NCBI GenBank assembly: GCA_963697565.1
Contig: CAVOOM010000008.1
Location: 24,965-88,964, forward strand
Length of the DNA: 64,000 nucleotides
Source of the DNA: an uncultured Actinomycetota bacterium
GTDB taxonomy: Bacteria > Actinomycetota > Actinomycetes > CAVWCF01
Direction of reading: 5' to 3'
In this document: piece after piece, positions 45,696 to 56,581 of the stretch
How positions within the stretch are numbered: the stretch's first letter is position 1
Layout of the letters: each line of letters opens with the position of its first letter
Notes under the pieces: model-generated
The model's input: the letters and a program-made list of their open reading frames with translations, nothing else
What the model was told of the DNA's origin: nothing
Databases searched by the model: none
Made by a program: the position numbers and the translations under genes

Positions 45696-47072
45696 ATGAC
45701 CACCCCGCACACCGAATCAGCCCTCGCCGCCCGCTCCACCGCCGCCGGGATCGCCCGGCTGGTCCGCTCCGGCGAGCTGTCGCCGGCAGATTCGGTCGCC
45801 GCCTCGCTGGGTCGGATCACCGCGCACGACGACCGGATCGGCGCCTTCCAGGTCGTACGGGCCGAGCGGGCGCTCGCCGAGGCGACCGCGCTGGCCGCCG
45901 ATCCGCGGCTGCCCGACCTGCCGCTGGCCGGCGTGCCGATCGCGATCAAGGACAACGTCGCGGTGCGCGGCGAGCCGATGCGGGTGGGCTCGGCCGCGAC
46001 CTCGGACCGCCCCTCGCCCGCCGACCACCCCGTGGTCGGGCGGCTGCGGGCCGCCGGCGCCGTCGTGGTCGGGATCACGCGTGTCCCGGAGCTCTGCGTC
46101 TTCGGCGCCACCGACTCGGTGTACGGCGTCACCCGCAACCCGTGGTCGCTCGATCGCACGCCCGGAGGCTCGTCGGGCGGGGCAGCCGCCGCAGTCGCGG
46201 CCGGCATGGTCCCCGTGGCGCACGCCGCCGACGGGGCCGGCTCGATCCGGATCCCGTCCGCCTGCTGCGGCTTGTTCGGCATCAAGCCGGGACGCGGTGT
46301 GGTGCCGGCGTTTCTCGGGCCGACCGACTGGTACGGCATGAGCGAGAACGGCCCGATCACCACCACGGTCGAGGACGCCGCGCTGCTGCTGTCGGTGATG
46401 GCCGACCGACCGGAGCTGGCTGAGGTCCGCGAGCCGGAGGGCCCGCTGCGGATCGCCGTCTCCATCCAGGCGCCGCTGCCGGGCGTCACGGTGGATCGCG
46501 AGCACGCGAAGGCGGTCATCCGTAGCGCCAAGCTCCTCGAGGCGGCCGGCCACCAGATCGAGGCCGCCGAGCTGGCGGTGCCCACCTCGGCGGTCTGGCA
46601 CACGCTGAAGCGCTGGTACGCAGGCGCCCACGACGAGGCCGAGCTGCTTCCCCAGGCCGACCTCGAGCGGCGCACCCGGGTGCACGCCGCGTTGGGCGCC
46701 CGCGTCAAGCGGCACTCACCGCCGCTGCCGGAGGAAGCCGACGCCTGGCGCATGCAGGCGCTGCAGTTCTTCGCCCGCTACGACGTGCTGCTCGCCCCTG
46801 TGCTGGCGAACCCTCCGATCGCGGCCGATCGCTGGGGGGAGCGGGGCTGGACGCGCAACGTCGTCGCCAACCTGCGCTACGCGCCTTTCGGCGCCGCCTG
46901 GAACTTCGCCGGCTGGCCGGCGGCCTCGGTCCCCGCCGGGGTGCACCCCGAGGCGGGCACGCCGCTGTCGGTCCAGCTGGTCTCGCCCGAGGGCGGGGAG
47001 GCTCTGCTGCTCGGCCTGGCCGCGCAGCTTGAGCGGCTGCGCCCCTGGCGGCGAACGGCCCCGGGCTACTAG
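45696..47072 (+). CDS. Amidase (amidase-signature family)
   Basis: Intact 458-aa ORF. AS signature GGSSGGAAAAVAAGMVPVAHAADGAGSIRIPSACCGLFGIKP. Confidence 0.88.
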   Translation: MTTPHTESALAARSTAAGIARLVRSGELSPADSVAASLGRITAHDDRIGAFQVVRAERALAEATALAADPRLPDLPLAGVPIAIKDNVAVRGEPMRVGSAATSDRPSPADHPVVGRLRAAGAVVVGITRVPELCVFGATDSVYGVTRNPWSLDRTPGGSSGGAAAAVAAGMVPVAHAADGAGSIRIPSACCGLFGIKPGRGVVPAFLGPTDWYGMSENGPITTTVEDAALLLSVMADRPELAEVREPEGPLRIAVSIQAPLPGVTVDREHAKAVIRSAKLLEAAGHQIEAAELAVPTSAVWHTLKRWYAGAHDEAELLPQADLERRTRVHAALGARVKRHSPPLPEEADAWRMQALQFFARYDVLLAPVLANPPIAADRWGERGWTRNVVANLRYAPFGAAWNFAGWPAASVPAGVHPEAGTPLSVQLVSPEGGEALLLGLAAQLERLRPWRRTAPGY

Positions 47073-47521
47073 GCGGAGGAACCGGCCCCGGGTCGGTACG
47101 AGCCGACGCTCCACAGGTGGCCGCCCGGGTCGCGCAGGGTGAAGTCGGAGCCGCCGTACTCCTGCTGGGTGAGCGGCTGCACGACCTCGGCCTTCATCTC
47201 GACGGCGCGCTCGAAGGCGGCGGCCACCGAGGGGTCGTCATCGGTCGCGAGGTAAGTCCAGGACGGGCCGGTCTCGACGGCGAGGCGCCCGGGCTCGTCG
47301 GCGGCGGGCTGGTCGCCCAGCATCAGCAGCCCGTTGCCCCACTGGAGTTCGGCGTGGATGACCCCGCCGGTGTCGTTGCGGAAGGCCGTGCGCGGCTCCG
47401 CGCCGAGCACGTGGACCAGCCACTCGATCGCGGCGTCGCAGTCCGCGTAGCGAAGCGTCGGGATCACGTTCGGTCGCGGCATCGGGAAACTGTTGTCATC
47501 TGCGTCGTCGCCAAGGGCCAT
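47069..47521 (-). CDS. VOC/glyoxalase family protein (start uncertain: 47557, 47521 or 47482)
   Basis: VIPTLRYADCDAAIEWLVHVLG, IHAELQWGNGLLMLGD, GGSDFTLRDPGGHLWSVGSY. The 3' end overlaps the amidase stop by 4 nt. Confidence 0.7.
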   Translation of the reverse strand: MALGDDADDNSFPMPRPNVIPTLRYADCDAAIEWLVHVLGAEPRTAFRNDTGGVIHAELQWGNGLLMLGDQPAADEPGRLAVETGPSWTYLATDDDPSVAAAFERAVEMKAEVVQPLTQQEYGGSDFTLRDPGGHLWSVGSYRPGAGSSA

Positions 47522-47579
47522 GGCCCCACTCTGTGCGGGGAGCGGGCTGCCGCGCAAGGCGGCAGACGGCTGGACTGGC

Positions 47580-48830
47580 TCAGCCGCCCGCGGTCTCCGC
47601 CTGCTGGGCCCGGCGCTTCGGAAGGGTCTCGGGCATCACCGCCACGGCGCCGACCGCGACCGCGGCGATCGCAGCAGTCGCGCCGAAGGCCACCGCGAAG
47701 GAGTAATCGTCGGCGAGCAGCCCGCCGACCAGCGGGCCGATGAAGGCGCCAGCGTCGCTGGCCATCTGGAACGCCGCGACCGGCTTGCCGCCGCGGCCGT
47801 GGATCACGTCTCCGACCACGCCGCTGCCCGCGGTCCCGATGAAGGCCGAGCCTGCCCCGAACAGCGCCATCGACAGCAGGTACGACGCCGGCGTCTCCAC
47901 GGCGGCGAGCAGCACCATCGACGCCAGGCTCAGGCTCGCGCCCAGCAGCAGGAACGGCTTGCGCCCTCGGCTGTCGGCGAGCCGACCGGCGGGGATCAGC
48001 AGCACCGCCTGCACCGCGGCCGAGACGAGCAGCCCCCAGCCGGTCCACTGCGCGCCCAGTTCGAGCCCCTCGACGACGTACACCGGGACCAGCGAGACCC
48101 GCAGCCCGAAGAGCGCCCAGCCATTGAAGAAGTTGTTCGCGATCGCCGCCTGGTACGCGCGCGACCGGAACGCCGTCTTGAGGGGCATCGGCTCGGACTC
48201 GTCGCGGGCCTGCTCAAGGGCGCGCAGCGAGGAGTGGCGGAGGGCGACCAGGGCGAGCGTGCCGGCGAGGGTCAGCGTGAACGCGTAGACGAAGAACGGC
48301 GCCCGCAGCGACCACGCGGCCAGGGGCCCGCCGAAGGCCGGGCCGGTGATGCCGCCGATCAGGAACCCGGCGGTCGCCGCGCCGGCGGCCCGGGCGCGCT
48401 GGTCCGGGGCCACCACGCGCAGCAGCAGCGCGACGCTCGACACCGTGAACATCGCCGACCCGACACCGCCCGCCCCGCGCAGGACGACCAGCTGGCCGTA
48501 CGACTGGGCCAGGCCGGCCAGCAGCGAGCTGACCGCGACGATGCCGATGCCGAAGCCGAGCACGAGGCGTTCGCCGATCCGGTCGGCCAGCCGCCCCGCG
48601 CCGAGCGCGGACACGAAACGCATCAGGGCGAACACCGAGATCACCGCGCCCGCGGCGAGGTTGCCGACGCCGAACTCCTTGGCGAACAGCGGCAGCGCCG
48701 GGGCGACGATCCCGAAGCCGACCGCGACCAGGAAGTTGACCCCGACCAGGATCGGCACCTCGCGCGGCAGGTCCGACAGCGGCCACCGGGAGCGGTGCGG
48801 CTGGCTCGCGGGGTTAGTCGGGGGGCTCAT
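47580..48830 (-). CDS. MFS transporter (12-TM type)
   Basis: Intact 416-aa ORF. MFS loop motif GAGRLADRIGER and a repeated GRLADSRGRKP between TM pairs. Confidence 0.88.
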   Translation of the reverse strand: MSPPTNPASQPHRSRWPLSDLPREVPILVGVNFLVAVGFGIVAPALPLFAKEFGVGNLAAGAVISVFALMRFVSALGAGRLADRIGERLVLGFGIGIVAVSSLLAGLAQSYGQLVVLRGAGGVGSAMFTVSSVALLLRVVAPDQRARAAGAATAGFLIGGITGPAFGGPLAAWSLRAPFFVYAFTLTLAGTLALVALRHSSLRALEQARDESEPMPLKTAFRSRAYQAAIANNFFNGWALFGLRVSLVPVYVVEGLELGAQWTGWGLLVSAAVQAVLLIPAGRLADSRGRKPFLLLGASLSLASMVLLAAVETPASYLLSMALFGAGSAFIGTAGSGVVGDVIHGRGGKPVAAFQMASDAGAFIGPLVGGLLADDYSFAVAFGATAAIAAVAVGAVAVMPETLPKRRAQQAETAGG

Positions 48831-48845
48831 GGCCGCCCGATCCTG

Positions 48846-50821
48846 TCACGCCCCCCGGCGGGCGACGCGCGCCCGGGCGCGCAGGAAGTCGCGGACGACG
48901 AACTCGCCGAGCCGCTCGGCCGACGGTGCGAAGACCCGGCCGCCGTTGCGGCGGGCCACCTCGTCCACGAAGCGCCGCAGCCGCGGCTCGTCGCCCAGCA
49001 TGAAGAGGTTGAGGGTGGCGCGGCGCCGCGTCATCCGGTCCACCTCGGCGAGGGTGAGCTCAAGGGTCTCGGGGTCGGGCGGCCACGAGAACCACGGCGT
49101 GCCGTCCCGCAGCAGGTGCGCCGTGGGCTCGCCGTCGGTCACGACCAGGACGACCGGCTCGGCGTCGGGGTGCGACTCAAGGAACCGCCCGGCGAGCATC
49201 AGCGCGTGCTGCAGGTTGGTGCCCTGCACCTCGTCGAACTCGAGTCCGGCCAGCCTCGGCCCGGGGATCACCCGGGCCAGCCGGTCGAAGCCGATCACCT
49301 GCAGCGCGTCCTGCGGGTAGCGCGTCTCGACCAGGGTCTGCAGCGCGAGGGCCGTGGTCTTCATCGGGGCCCAGCGGTCGTTCTGCACCATCGAGAACGA
49401 CAGGTCGACCAGCAGGGCCACGGCCGCGCGCGACCGCCGTTCGGTCTCGACCACGGCGAAGTCCTCGACCGACAGCGCCACCGGGCCTGACCGCGGCCCG
49501 CCTCGCAGGACGGCGTTGGAGACGGTGCGCACGACGTCCAGCGGCTGCTCGTCGCCGAACTCCCACGGCCGCGACGCCCCGGTCGCGTCCCCGCCTGCGC
49601 CCGCGTCGCGCTGGTCGTGGTCGCCGCCGCGGCGCGCGGAGTCGAGGTCGCCGAAGATGCGGCGCAGCGCGGCCAGCCCGAGCCGGCGCAGCGCCTTGGG
49701 CGACAGCTCCAGCCGGCCGCCGTCGCGGACGAGGTAGCCCTGCCGCTCCAGCTCGCGCTCGATCTCGCGCAGCCGGCGGACGTCGTCGACCGCCTGCCGG
49801 CCGAGGGCCCGGCGCACGGCCTCCTCGTCGATGTCGTGCCAGGTCGGCGCCGTCGGCCCCCTGGCCGAAGGCCTCCTCCAGCGCCTCGAGGTCGGCCAGC
49901 TCGGCGAGCGCCTCGGTCGCGTCGGCGTAGCCGAGGGGCTGGTCGCCGCCCATCGACGGCCGGCCGGCCGGGCCGGAACAGGTCGGGCCGGGTGGCCTGC
50001 AGCCGGTCCTGCAGCCCGGCCATCTCCGCGCCCAGGTCGAGGTCGGCGAAGGCCTGCTCGGCGAGCTGGCCGAGCTCCGCGCGCTGCTCGGGTGACAGCG
50101 AGTCGAGCAGCCGCTGCTGGGCCGCGGCCCGCCGGGCGAGCGACTCGACTAGCTCGTCCAGGGTCTCCGGCCGGTCGGGGAAGAGGTCGCCGTGCTCGGC
50201 CATGAAGGCGTCGAAGTCGTCCTGGGTGTGCTCGCCGCGCGCGTCGGCGTCGAGCATCGCGTTGAGGTCGGCGAGCATCTGCTTGATCCGCGCCATCGCC
50301 TCGGGGTCGTTCGGCGCCTGCTGCAGCGCGTCGCGCATCCCCTTGAACTGCGCGTCGAGCACCTCGCGCTGCAGCAGCTCGCGGATCTGCTGGTAGGCCT
50401 GCGCCGCGGCCGGGTTGCGCCACGCGTACGACGCGAGGTCGCGGACCTGCGCGGCGGTCTCCTCAGGCAGCGAGGCGAGCTCGGCCTCGGCCAGCCGGGC
50501 GTCGTCGGAGGGGTCGTACTCCAGCGTGGTCCGCTCGGCGTCGAGGGCCTCAGCCAGCAACCGGCGCACCTCCTCAAGCGTGCCGTCGAGCCGGCCGGAC
50601 CGGCGCAGCTCGCGCTGCCGGCGCCGCGCCAGGGCGCGCAGGTCGTCCAGCCCCCGCCGGCCCTCGGTGCCGCGCCGCAGCATCGCCCGCAGCGCCTCGA
50701 GCGGCGAGGCGCCGGCCAGCACGTCCTCGCCGAGGGCGTCGACGGCCGCGGCCACGTCGGCCGGCGGGCCGAGCGGGTCCGGGCCGCCGTCGTAGCGGCC
50801 GTAGCGGTAGCCGCGCGCCAC
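48846..50821 (-). CDS. vWA domain protein (partner of the upstream AAA+ ATPase); two frame breaks as assembled
   Basis: ATG 50821, MARGYRYGRYDGGPDPL. Long helical middle. C-terminal vWA domain with MIDAS LLVDLSFSM and VVLVVTDGEPT. Breaks near 49960 and 49860. Confidence 0.75.
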
Positions 50822-50828
50822 GGCCGGG

Positions 50829-52262
50829 TCAGCCCGCCGTGTAGCGGACTCGGCCCCCGACGTCGTCCTTGCCGATCCGGCGGGTCAGCCACAGCCCCTC
50901 AAGGGCGAACTCCAGGGCCGCGGCGGCGAACCCCGGGACCTCGACGGACGGCTCCAGGCCGAGCGCGGCCATGATCCGGCCGAGCCCCTCGACCGGGCCG
51001 GCCTCGCTCAGCAGCACGGCGGCGGGGACCAGCTCGCCGGAGACCACGCTGCCGGCATCGTCGAAGCGGGCCACCAGCGCGTCGAGGTCGGCGCCGCCGA
51101 GGCGCTCCCGGAACTCCTCGGCGACCGCGCGGCGGAGCAGGTGCTCCAGCACCTCGTACTCGCGGCCCTCCTCGCCGACCTCGAACTCGACCTTGCCGCG
51201 CAGGGCCGGCGCCACCGCCATCAGGTCGCAGACCCGGGCTACCGCCGGATCGTCCCCGGTGATGGCGGCCCGCCGAAGCGCGGACGCCGCGGCCGTCTCG
51301 GCGCCGGCGACCGCGAACCGCGCGGAGACGCCGCTGCGCTGGTCGACCGCCGCCGACTCGCGCACCATCCGGGTGAAGCGGGCCAGCACCTCCAGCAGGT
51401 GCCGCGGGACGACGGCCGCCAGCCGGGCCTCCTGCTCGACCAGCGCGACCTCGTCGGCCAGCTCGAGCGGGTAGTGGGTGCGGATCTCGGCGCCGAACCG
51501 GTCCTTGAGCGGGGTGATGATCCGGCCGCGGTTGGTGTAGTCCTCGGGGTTGGCGCTGGCCACGAGCAGCAGGTCGAGCGGCAGCCGCAGCTGGTAGCCG
51601 CGCACCTGCACATCGCGCTCCTCCAGCACGTTGAGCAGCGACACCTGGATCCGCTCGGCCAGGTCGGGCAGCTCGTTGACCGCGAAGATGCCCCGGTTGG
51701 TGCGGGGCACCAGCCCGTAGTGGACCGTCTCGGGGTCGCCCAGCGAGCGGCCCTCGGCCACCTTGATCGGGTCGACGTCGCCGATCAGGTCGCCGACGCT
51801 GGTGTCCGGGGTCGCGAGCTTCTCGCCGTAGCGCAGCGAGCGGTGCAGCCAGCCGATCGGCGTCTCGGCGCCGTGCTCGGCGACCTGGCGCCGACCCCAC
51901 GGCGTGATGGGCGCGTACGGGTGCTCGTTGATCTCGGTCCCGGCGAGGACGGGGATCCACTCGTCGAGCAGCCCGACGAGGGTGCGGATCAGCCGGGTCT
52001 TGCCCTGGCCGCGCTCGCCCAGCAGCACGAAGTCGTGCCCGGCCAGCAGCGCGCGCTCGACCTCGGGCCGGACCGTGTCGTCGAAGCCGACGATGCCGGG
52101 CAGCGGGTCGAGCCCCGCGCGCAGCCGGGCCACCAGGTTGTCGCGCAGCTCGTCCTTCACGGAGCGGAGCTCGTGGCCGGACGCGCGCAGCGCGCCCAGC
52201 GTGGCGGGGAGGTCGGGGGGCGGGTTGGGCGGGAGCGCGGCGGTCGTGCTGTGGGTGTCCAC
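50829..52262 (-). CDS. ChlI/MoxR-superfamily AAA+ ATPase
   Basis: GTG 52262; the 843-aa ORF extension upstream is antisense junk. Walker A LLGERGQGKTRL; Walker B GIFAVNELPDL; sensor region LLLVASANPEDY. Stop lies 7 nt before the vWA gene. Confidence 0.8.
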   Translation of the reverse strand: MDTHSTTAALPPNPPPDLPATLGALRASGHELRSVKDELRDNLVARLRAGLDPLPGIVGFDDTVRPEVERALLAGHDFVLLGERGQGKTRLIRTLVGLLDEWIPVLAGTEINEHPYAPITPWGRRQVAEHGAETPIGWLHRSLRYGEKLATPDTSVGDLIGDVDPIKVAEGRSLGDPETVHYGLVPRTNRGIFAVNELPDLAERIQVSLLNVLEERDVQVRGYQLRLPLDLLLVASANPEDYTNRGRIITPLKDRFGAEIRTHYPLELADEVALVEQEARLAAVVPRHLLEVLARFTRMVRESAAVDQRSGVSARFAVAGAETAAASALRRAAITGDDPAVARVCDLMAVAPALRGKVEFEVGEEGREYEVLEHLLRRAVAEEFRERLGGADLDALVARFDDAGSVVSGELVPAAVLLSEAGPVEGLGRIMAALGLEPSVEVPGFAAAALEFALEGLWLTRRIGKDDVGGRVRYTAG

Positions 52263-52380
52263 CCCAGGACCGTACGACGAGGCTGGCCCGGCCGCACCCC
52301 GCCGCCGCCGAGGTGCTGTCGGCGAAGTTCGCTCAAAGGGGTGGCGCGCCGAGGGGGCTTCCTCAGGCAAGATCGATGCC

Positions 52381-53595
52381 ATGGCGCGCGCAGGTTCCGG
52401 TTTCGCGACCGGCCCCGATCTGATGCGGGCGGCCGAGGAGGCCGCGCGGGAGGCGCTGGTCGGACTCGGCGGGGCCGGAGCCGACCTGGTGGTCGCCTTC
52501 GCCTCCGGCCCGGATCCCGACCTCGCCGGCGCGGCCCTCGCCCGGGCGGCCACGGCGGTGGGGGCGCCGATGAGCATCGGGTGCACGGCCGCGGGCGTCT
52601 TCGCCTCGGGCCGCAGCGTCGAGCAGGGCCCCGGGGTCGCGGTCTGGGCCGCCGAGCTGCCCGGGGTGCGGCTGCGCTCGTACCACCTGGAGACGCTGCG
52701 GACGGGCGAGTCGCTCGCCGTGCTGGGGATGCCGGTGCTGGACGACGCCGACAGCGTCGGGCTGCTGCTCGCCGACCCGTACTCGTTCCCGATCGATGGC
52801 TTCGTGGAGCGCTCGACGGTGTCGCTGCGGGGGCTGCCGCTGGTGGGCGGGCTCGCCTCCGGCGGTGAGCGGGCCGGCGACACCCGGCTGCTGCTCGACG
52901 GCCGGATCGTGGCCAGGGGCGCGGTGGGGGTGGTCCTGGGCGGCCGGTCCGGCGGCGGCCCGCTCGCCGGGGTCCGCGCGCTGGTGTCGCAGGGCTGCCG
53001 GCCGGTCGGACCGCCGATGACCGTCACCGCGGCCGAGGGCAACCAGATCCTCGGCCTGGCGGGGCGGCCGGCGCTGGCCAAGCTGCGCACCGTCATCGAT
53101 GGGCTGGAGCCCGAGGACCAGGCCCTCGCCTCGGGCGGCGGGCTGCACGTGGGGCTCGCGATGGACGAGTACACCGACGCGCACAGCATGGGCGACTTCC
53201 TGGTGCGGGGGATCGTCGGGGTGGACCAGGAGACGCAGTCGATCGCGGTGGGCGACGTCGTGGCGGTCGGCCGCACCGTGCAGTTCCAGGTCCGCGACGC
53301 CGACGTGGCCGATGCCGACCTGGCGAGCCTGCTCTGGGACTTCCGCCGCCGGGGCGGCATCGACCCGCTCGCCGGCGCGCTCGTCTTCTCCTGCGACGGC
53401 CGCGGGCCGCAGTTCTTCTCCGACCCGGGCCACGACGCCCGGGTGGTGCGCGAGCAGCTCGGCGTCGAGGGGGTGGCCGGCTTCTACGGCGCCGGCGAGA
53501 TCGGCCCCGTCGGCGGGCGCAACCACCTGCACGGCTGGACCGCGTCGGTGCTCGTCGTCGGCGAGCCGGCCGTCGTGCCCGTCTCCGGGGGCTAG
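52381..53595 (+). CDS. FIST (FIST_N/FIST_C) sensory domain protein
   Basis: ATG 52381 in ORF 51904..53595. No break across 405 aa. Layout resembles FIST signal-transduction proteins (ADLVVAFAS..., VFSCDGRG..., GFYGAGEIGP). Recognised by pattern only. Confidence 0.7.
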   Translation: MARAGSGFATGPDLMRAAEEAAREALVGLGGAGADLVVAFASGPDPDLAGAALARAATAVGAPMSIGCTAAGVFASGRSVEQGPGVAVWAAELPGVRLRSYHLETLRTGESLAVLGMPVLDDADSVGLLLADPYSFPIDGFVERSTVSLRGLPLVGGLASGGERAGDTRLLLDGRIVARGAVGVVLGGRSGGGPLAGVRALVSQGCRPVGPPMTVTAAEGNQILGLAGRPALAKLRTVIDGLEPEDQALASGGGLHVGLAMDEYTDAHSMGDFLVRGIVGVDQETQSIAVGDVVAVGRTVQFQVRDADVADADLASLLWDFRRRGGIDPLAGALVFSCDGRGPQFFSDPGHDARVVREQLGVEGVAGFYGAGEIGPVGGRNHLHGWTASVLVVGEPAVVPVSGG

Positions 53596-53601
53596 CCGAC
53601 G

Positions 53602-54547
53602 GTGGACGCGGTGCTCGCCCTCGACATCGGGGGGACGAAGATGGCGGCCGCCGTGGTGCGGGGTGATGGGTCGCTGGCCGGGCCGCGCGCCGTCCGGCCG
53701 ACCCCGCCGCAGGGCGGCGCGGAGGAGCTCTGGGCCACCGTCGAGGCGGTGCTGGAGGACGCGCTGCGGGCCGCCCCGGACGCCGGCCTGATCGCCGGCG
53801 TGGGCGCGGGGTGCGGCGGCCCGATGACTTGGCCGGCAGGCGCGGTCTCGCCGCTCGAACATCCCTGGGTGGCGCGGCTTCCCGCTGCGGGCCCGGTTGC
53901 AGGACAGCTACCCCGGGCTCCCGGTTCGGCTGCACAACGACGCGATCTGCCTGGCCGTGGCCGAGCACTGGCGGGGGCGGGGGCGCGGTCGGGGGTCGCT
54001 CCTCGGGCTGGTCGTCTCGACCGGGGTCGGCGGCGGGCTCGTGCTCGGCGGCCGGCTGATCGACGGCGCGACGGGCAACGCCGGCCACATCGGGCACGTC
54101 GTGGTGGACCCGGCAGGGCCGGACTGCGCGTGCGGCGGGCGGGGTTGCCTCGAGGCGATCGCGGCCGGCCCCCGCTTGGCCCGGTGGGCCCAGGACCAGG
54201 GCTGGCGCCCCTCGGCGCCGGTGCCGGACGCCCGCGCGCTGGCCGACGATGCGCGGGCGGGCGACCCGATCGCCGTGGCGGCGTACGCCCGGGCCGGCTG
54301 GGCCCTCGGCGTCGCGATCGCGTCCGCGGTCTCGCTGCTCGACGTGGAGGCCGTCGTGGTGGGCGGCGGCCTGTCCCAGGCGGGCCCGCTGCTGTTCGAG
54401 CCGCTTCGCGCCGCGTACGCCGACCACGCCGGGCTCGACTTCGTCCGCGATGTCCCGATCGAGGCTCCGCTGCTCGGCCAGGAGGCGGGGGTCGTCGGCG
54501 CCGCGGCCCTGCTGCTGGCCGGGTCGGCCTACTGGTCGGCGGGCTGA
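53602..54547 (+). CDS. ROK family sugar kinase/regulator (glucokinase-like); one frame break as assembled
   Basis: GTG 53602, LALDIGGTKMAAAVV. After a break near 53865: HNDAICLAVAEHW, STGVGGGLV, GHIGHVVVDPAGPDCACGGRGCLEA (zinc motif). Confidence 0.85.
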
Positions 54548-56108
54548 GGCGCGCGGGCCATCTCCGCCAGGACGTCGTCGGCGCTGCGCAGCGGCCGCTC
54601 CGGCAGGAACCACGCCAGCGCGAACGCGACCAGGCAGACCGGCACCGCCCACAGGAAGACCTGGTCGAGGGACGCGACGAACGCCTCGCGGACCGCGTCG
54701 CGGATCTCCGGGGGCAGCGCGGCGATCTTCTCGGGTGAGCCGGTCAGGGAGCCGGCTGGGATCTGGTCGCGGAGGGCCGGGCGGGATGGCATCCAGCAGC
54801 CGCGTGGCCAGCGAGGCCGACAGGATCGCGCCGAAGATGGCCACTCCGAAGGAGCCGCCGACCTGGCGGAAGAAGGTGGAGCCCGACGTCGCCACGCCGA
54901 TATCGCGCGGGTGCGAGGAGTTCTGCACCGCCAGGACGAGCACCTGGATCACGTTGCCGAGGCCGAGTCCCAGCAGCAGCATGCCGAGCGCGACCTGCGC
55001 GTAGGGGGTGTCGACCTCGGACTTGGACAGCACGAACATGCCCAGGGACGCCAGCCCCGTGCCGATGATCGGGAACATCCGGTAGCGGCCGATCCGGCTG
55101 ATGATCCGGCCGCTGGTGATCGAGGCCACCAGCAGGCCGAGCATGAGGGGCAGCATCTGCAGGCCGGCCTCGGTCGGGGTCGCGCCGCGGGCGATCTGCA
55201 GGTAGACGGGCAGGAAGACGATCCCGCCGAACATCGCGAAGCCCATGACGAAGCCGACCGCCGCGGCGACCCGGAAGACCGGGTTGGCGAACAGCCGCAT
55301 CGGCACGATCGGCTCGGGCGGCCCTCCGCTCCCAGAGCACGAACCAGACGAGCAGCGCGACCCCGGCGAACAACAGCCCGACGATCTGCGGGGAGATCCA
55401 GTCGTAGCGCCGGCCGCCCCACTCGGCGACGAGCAGCAGCGAGCACACGCCGAGGACCATGAGCACCGCGCCGCGGTAGTCGATGATCGGGTGGGCGTCC
55501 CGCTTGGGGAGCTTGAGCACGGCGCCGAGCACGAAGAGCACGGCCACGCCGAGCGGCAGGTTGATGTAGAAGATCCAGCGCCAGGACAGCTGCTCGACGA
55601 AGAAGCCGCCGATCAGCGGTCCGAGCACGGACGCGACCCCGAAGACCGCGCCGAACAGGCCCTGGTACTTGCCGCGCGAGGCCGGCGGGATGATGTCGGC
55701 GATCACGGCCATCGACAGCACCATCAGGCCGCCGCCGCCGAGGCCCTGGATGCCGCGGAAGAGGATCAGCTGCCACATCTCCTGGGCCGCGCCGGAGAGC
55801 ATCGAGCCGACCAGGAAGATGACCACGGCCGACTGCAGCACCGGCTTGCGGCCGTAGAGGTCGGAGATCTTGCCCCACAGCGGGGTGGTCGCGGTGGCCG
55901 CGAGCAGGTACGCGGTGACGACCCAGGAGATCTGCTCGAGGCCGCCGAGCTCGCCGACGATCGTGGGCAGCGCCACGGACACGATCGTCTGGTCGAGCGC
56001 CGACAGCAGGGTGGTCATCATCAGCGCGCCGATGACGATGTAGAGCGGGCGGCCGGTCAGGAACAGCGACTCCGGCGCCTCGCGCTCGGGCGTGGGCTCG
56101 GCGCTCAT
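54529..56108 (-). CDS. MFS efflux transporter, DHA2 (EmrB/QacA, 14-TM) type; two frame breaks as assembled
   Basis: ATG 56108 overlaps the MarR stop (ATGA). [38 protein letters not shown]. Breaks near 55320 and 54790. Confidence 0.85.
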
Positions 56109-56581
56109 GCGGGGTCTCCAGGGGCGGGGCGGGCGCCGCAGTGCTCGGCGGCCAGGTCGTCGGCCAGGCGGCGCAGCAGCCGGGCCAGGGTGTCGCGGTC
56201 GTCGCGGGTCCCAGCGGTCGAGCACCGGGCTGAGCGCGGCGACGCGGTTGTCGAGCACCTCGCGCGACGGCGGACTCGCCCTCGGCGGTCACCTCGAAGC
56301 GGGCCGCGCGCCCGTCCTCGGGGTCGGCGGAGCGCCGGACGTAGCCGTGGTCCTCGAGCTCACGCAGGTGCCGGCTGACCGTCGACAGGTCCAGCCGGGC
56401 AGCCGTGGCGACCGTCGACGGCCGGGCCGCGCCCATGGCCTGGCACGAGGTAGAGCAGGCGGACGGCCCCGGTGTCGACCGGGTCGCGCTCCTGGAAGCG
56501 GCGGGCGTGGGTGGCCACGTCGTAGAGCGAGGACACCAGGTCGCGCTGCTGCGCGGGGGCCCGCGGGGTCGTTGCTTGCAT
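56105..56581 (-). CDS. MarR family transcriptional regulator; three frame breaks as assembled
   Basis: ATG 56581, [69 protein letters not shown]. Breaks near 56440, 56265 and 56225. Stop 56105-56107. Confidence 0.75.

Noticed and set aside
52263-53360. N-terminal 365-aa extension of the AAA+ ATPase ORF (843 aa in the track)
   Set aside because: The extension is antisense to the FIST gene and low-complexity. The ATPase-like sequence starts at VDTHSTT (GTG 52262).
53093-55306. 737-aa minus-strand ORF
   Set aside because: Only the first ~170 aa (55306 down to about 54790) are real. They form the middle third of the DHA2 transporter, and the remainder is antisense to the ROK and FIST genes.
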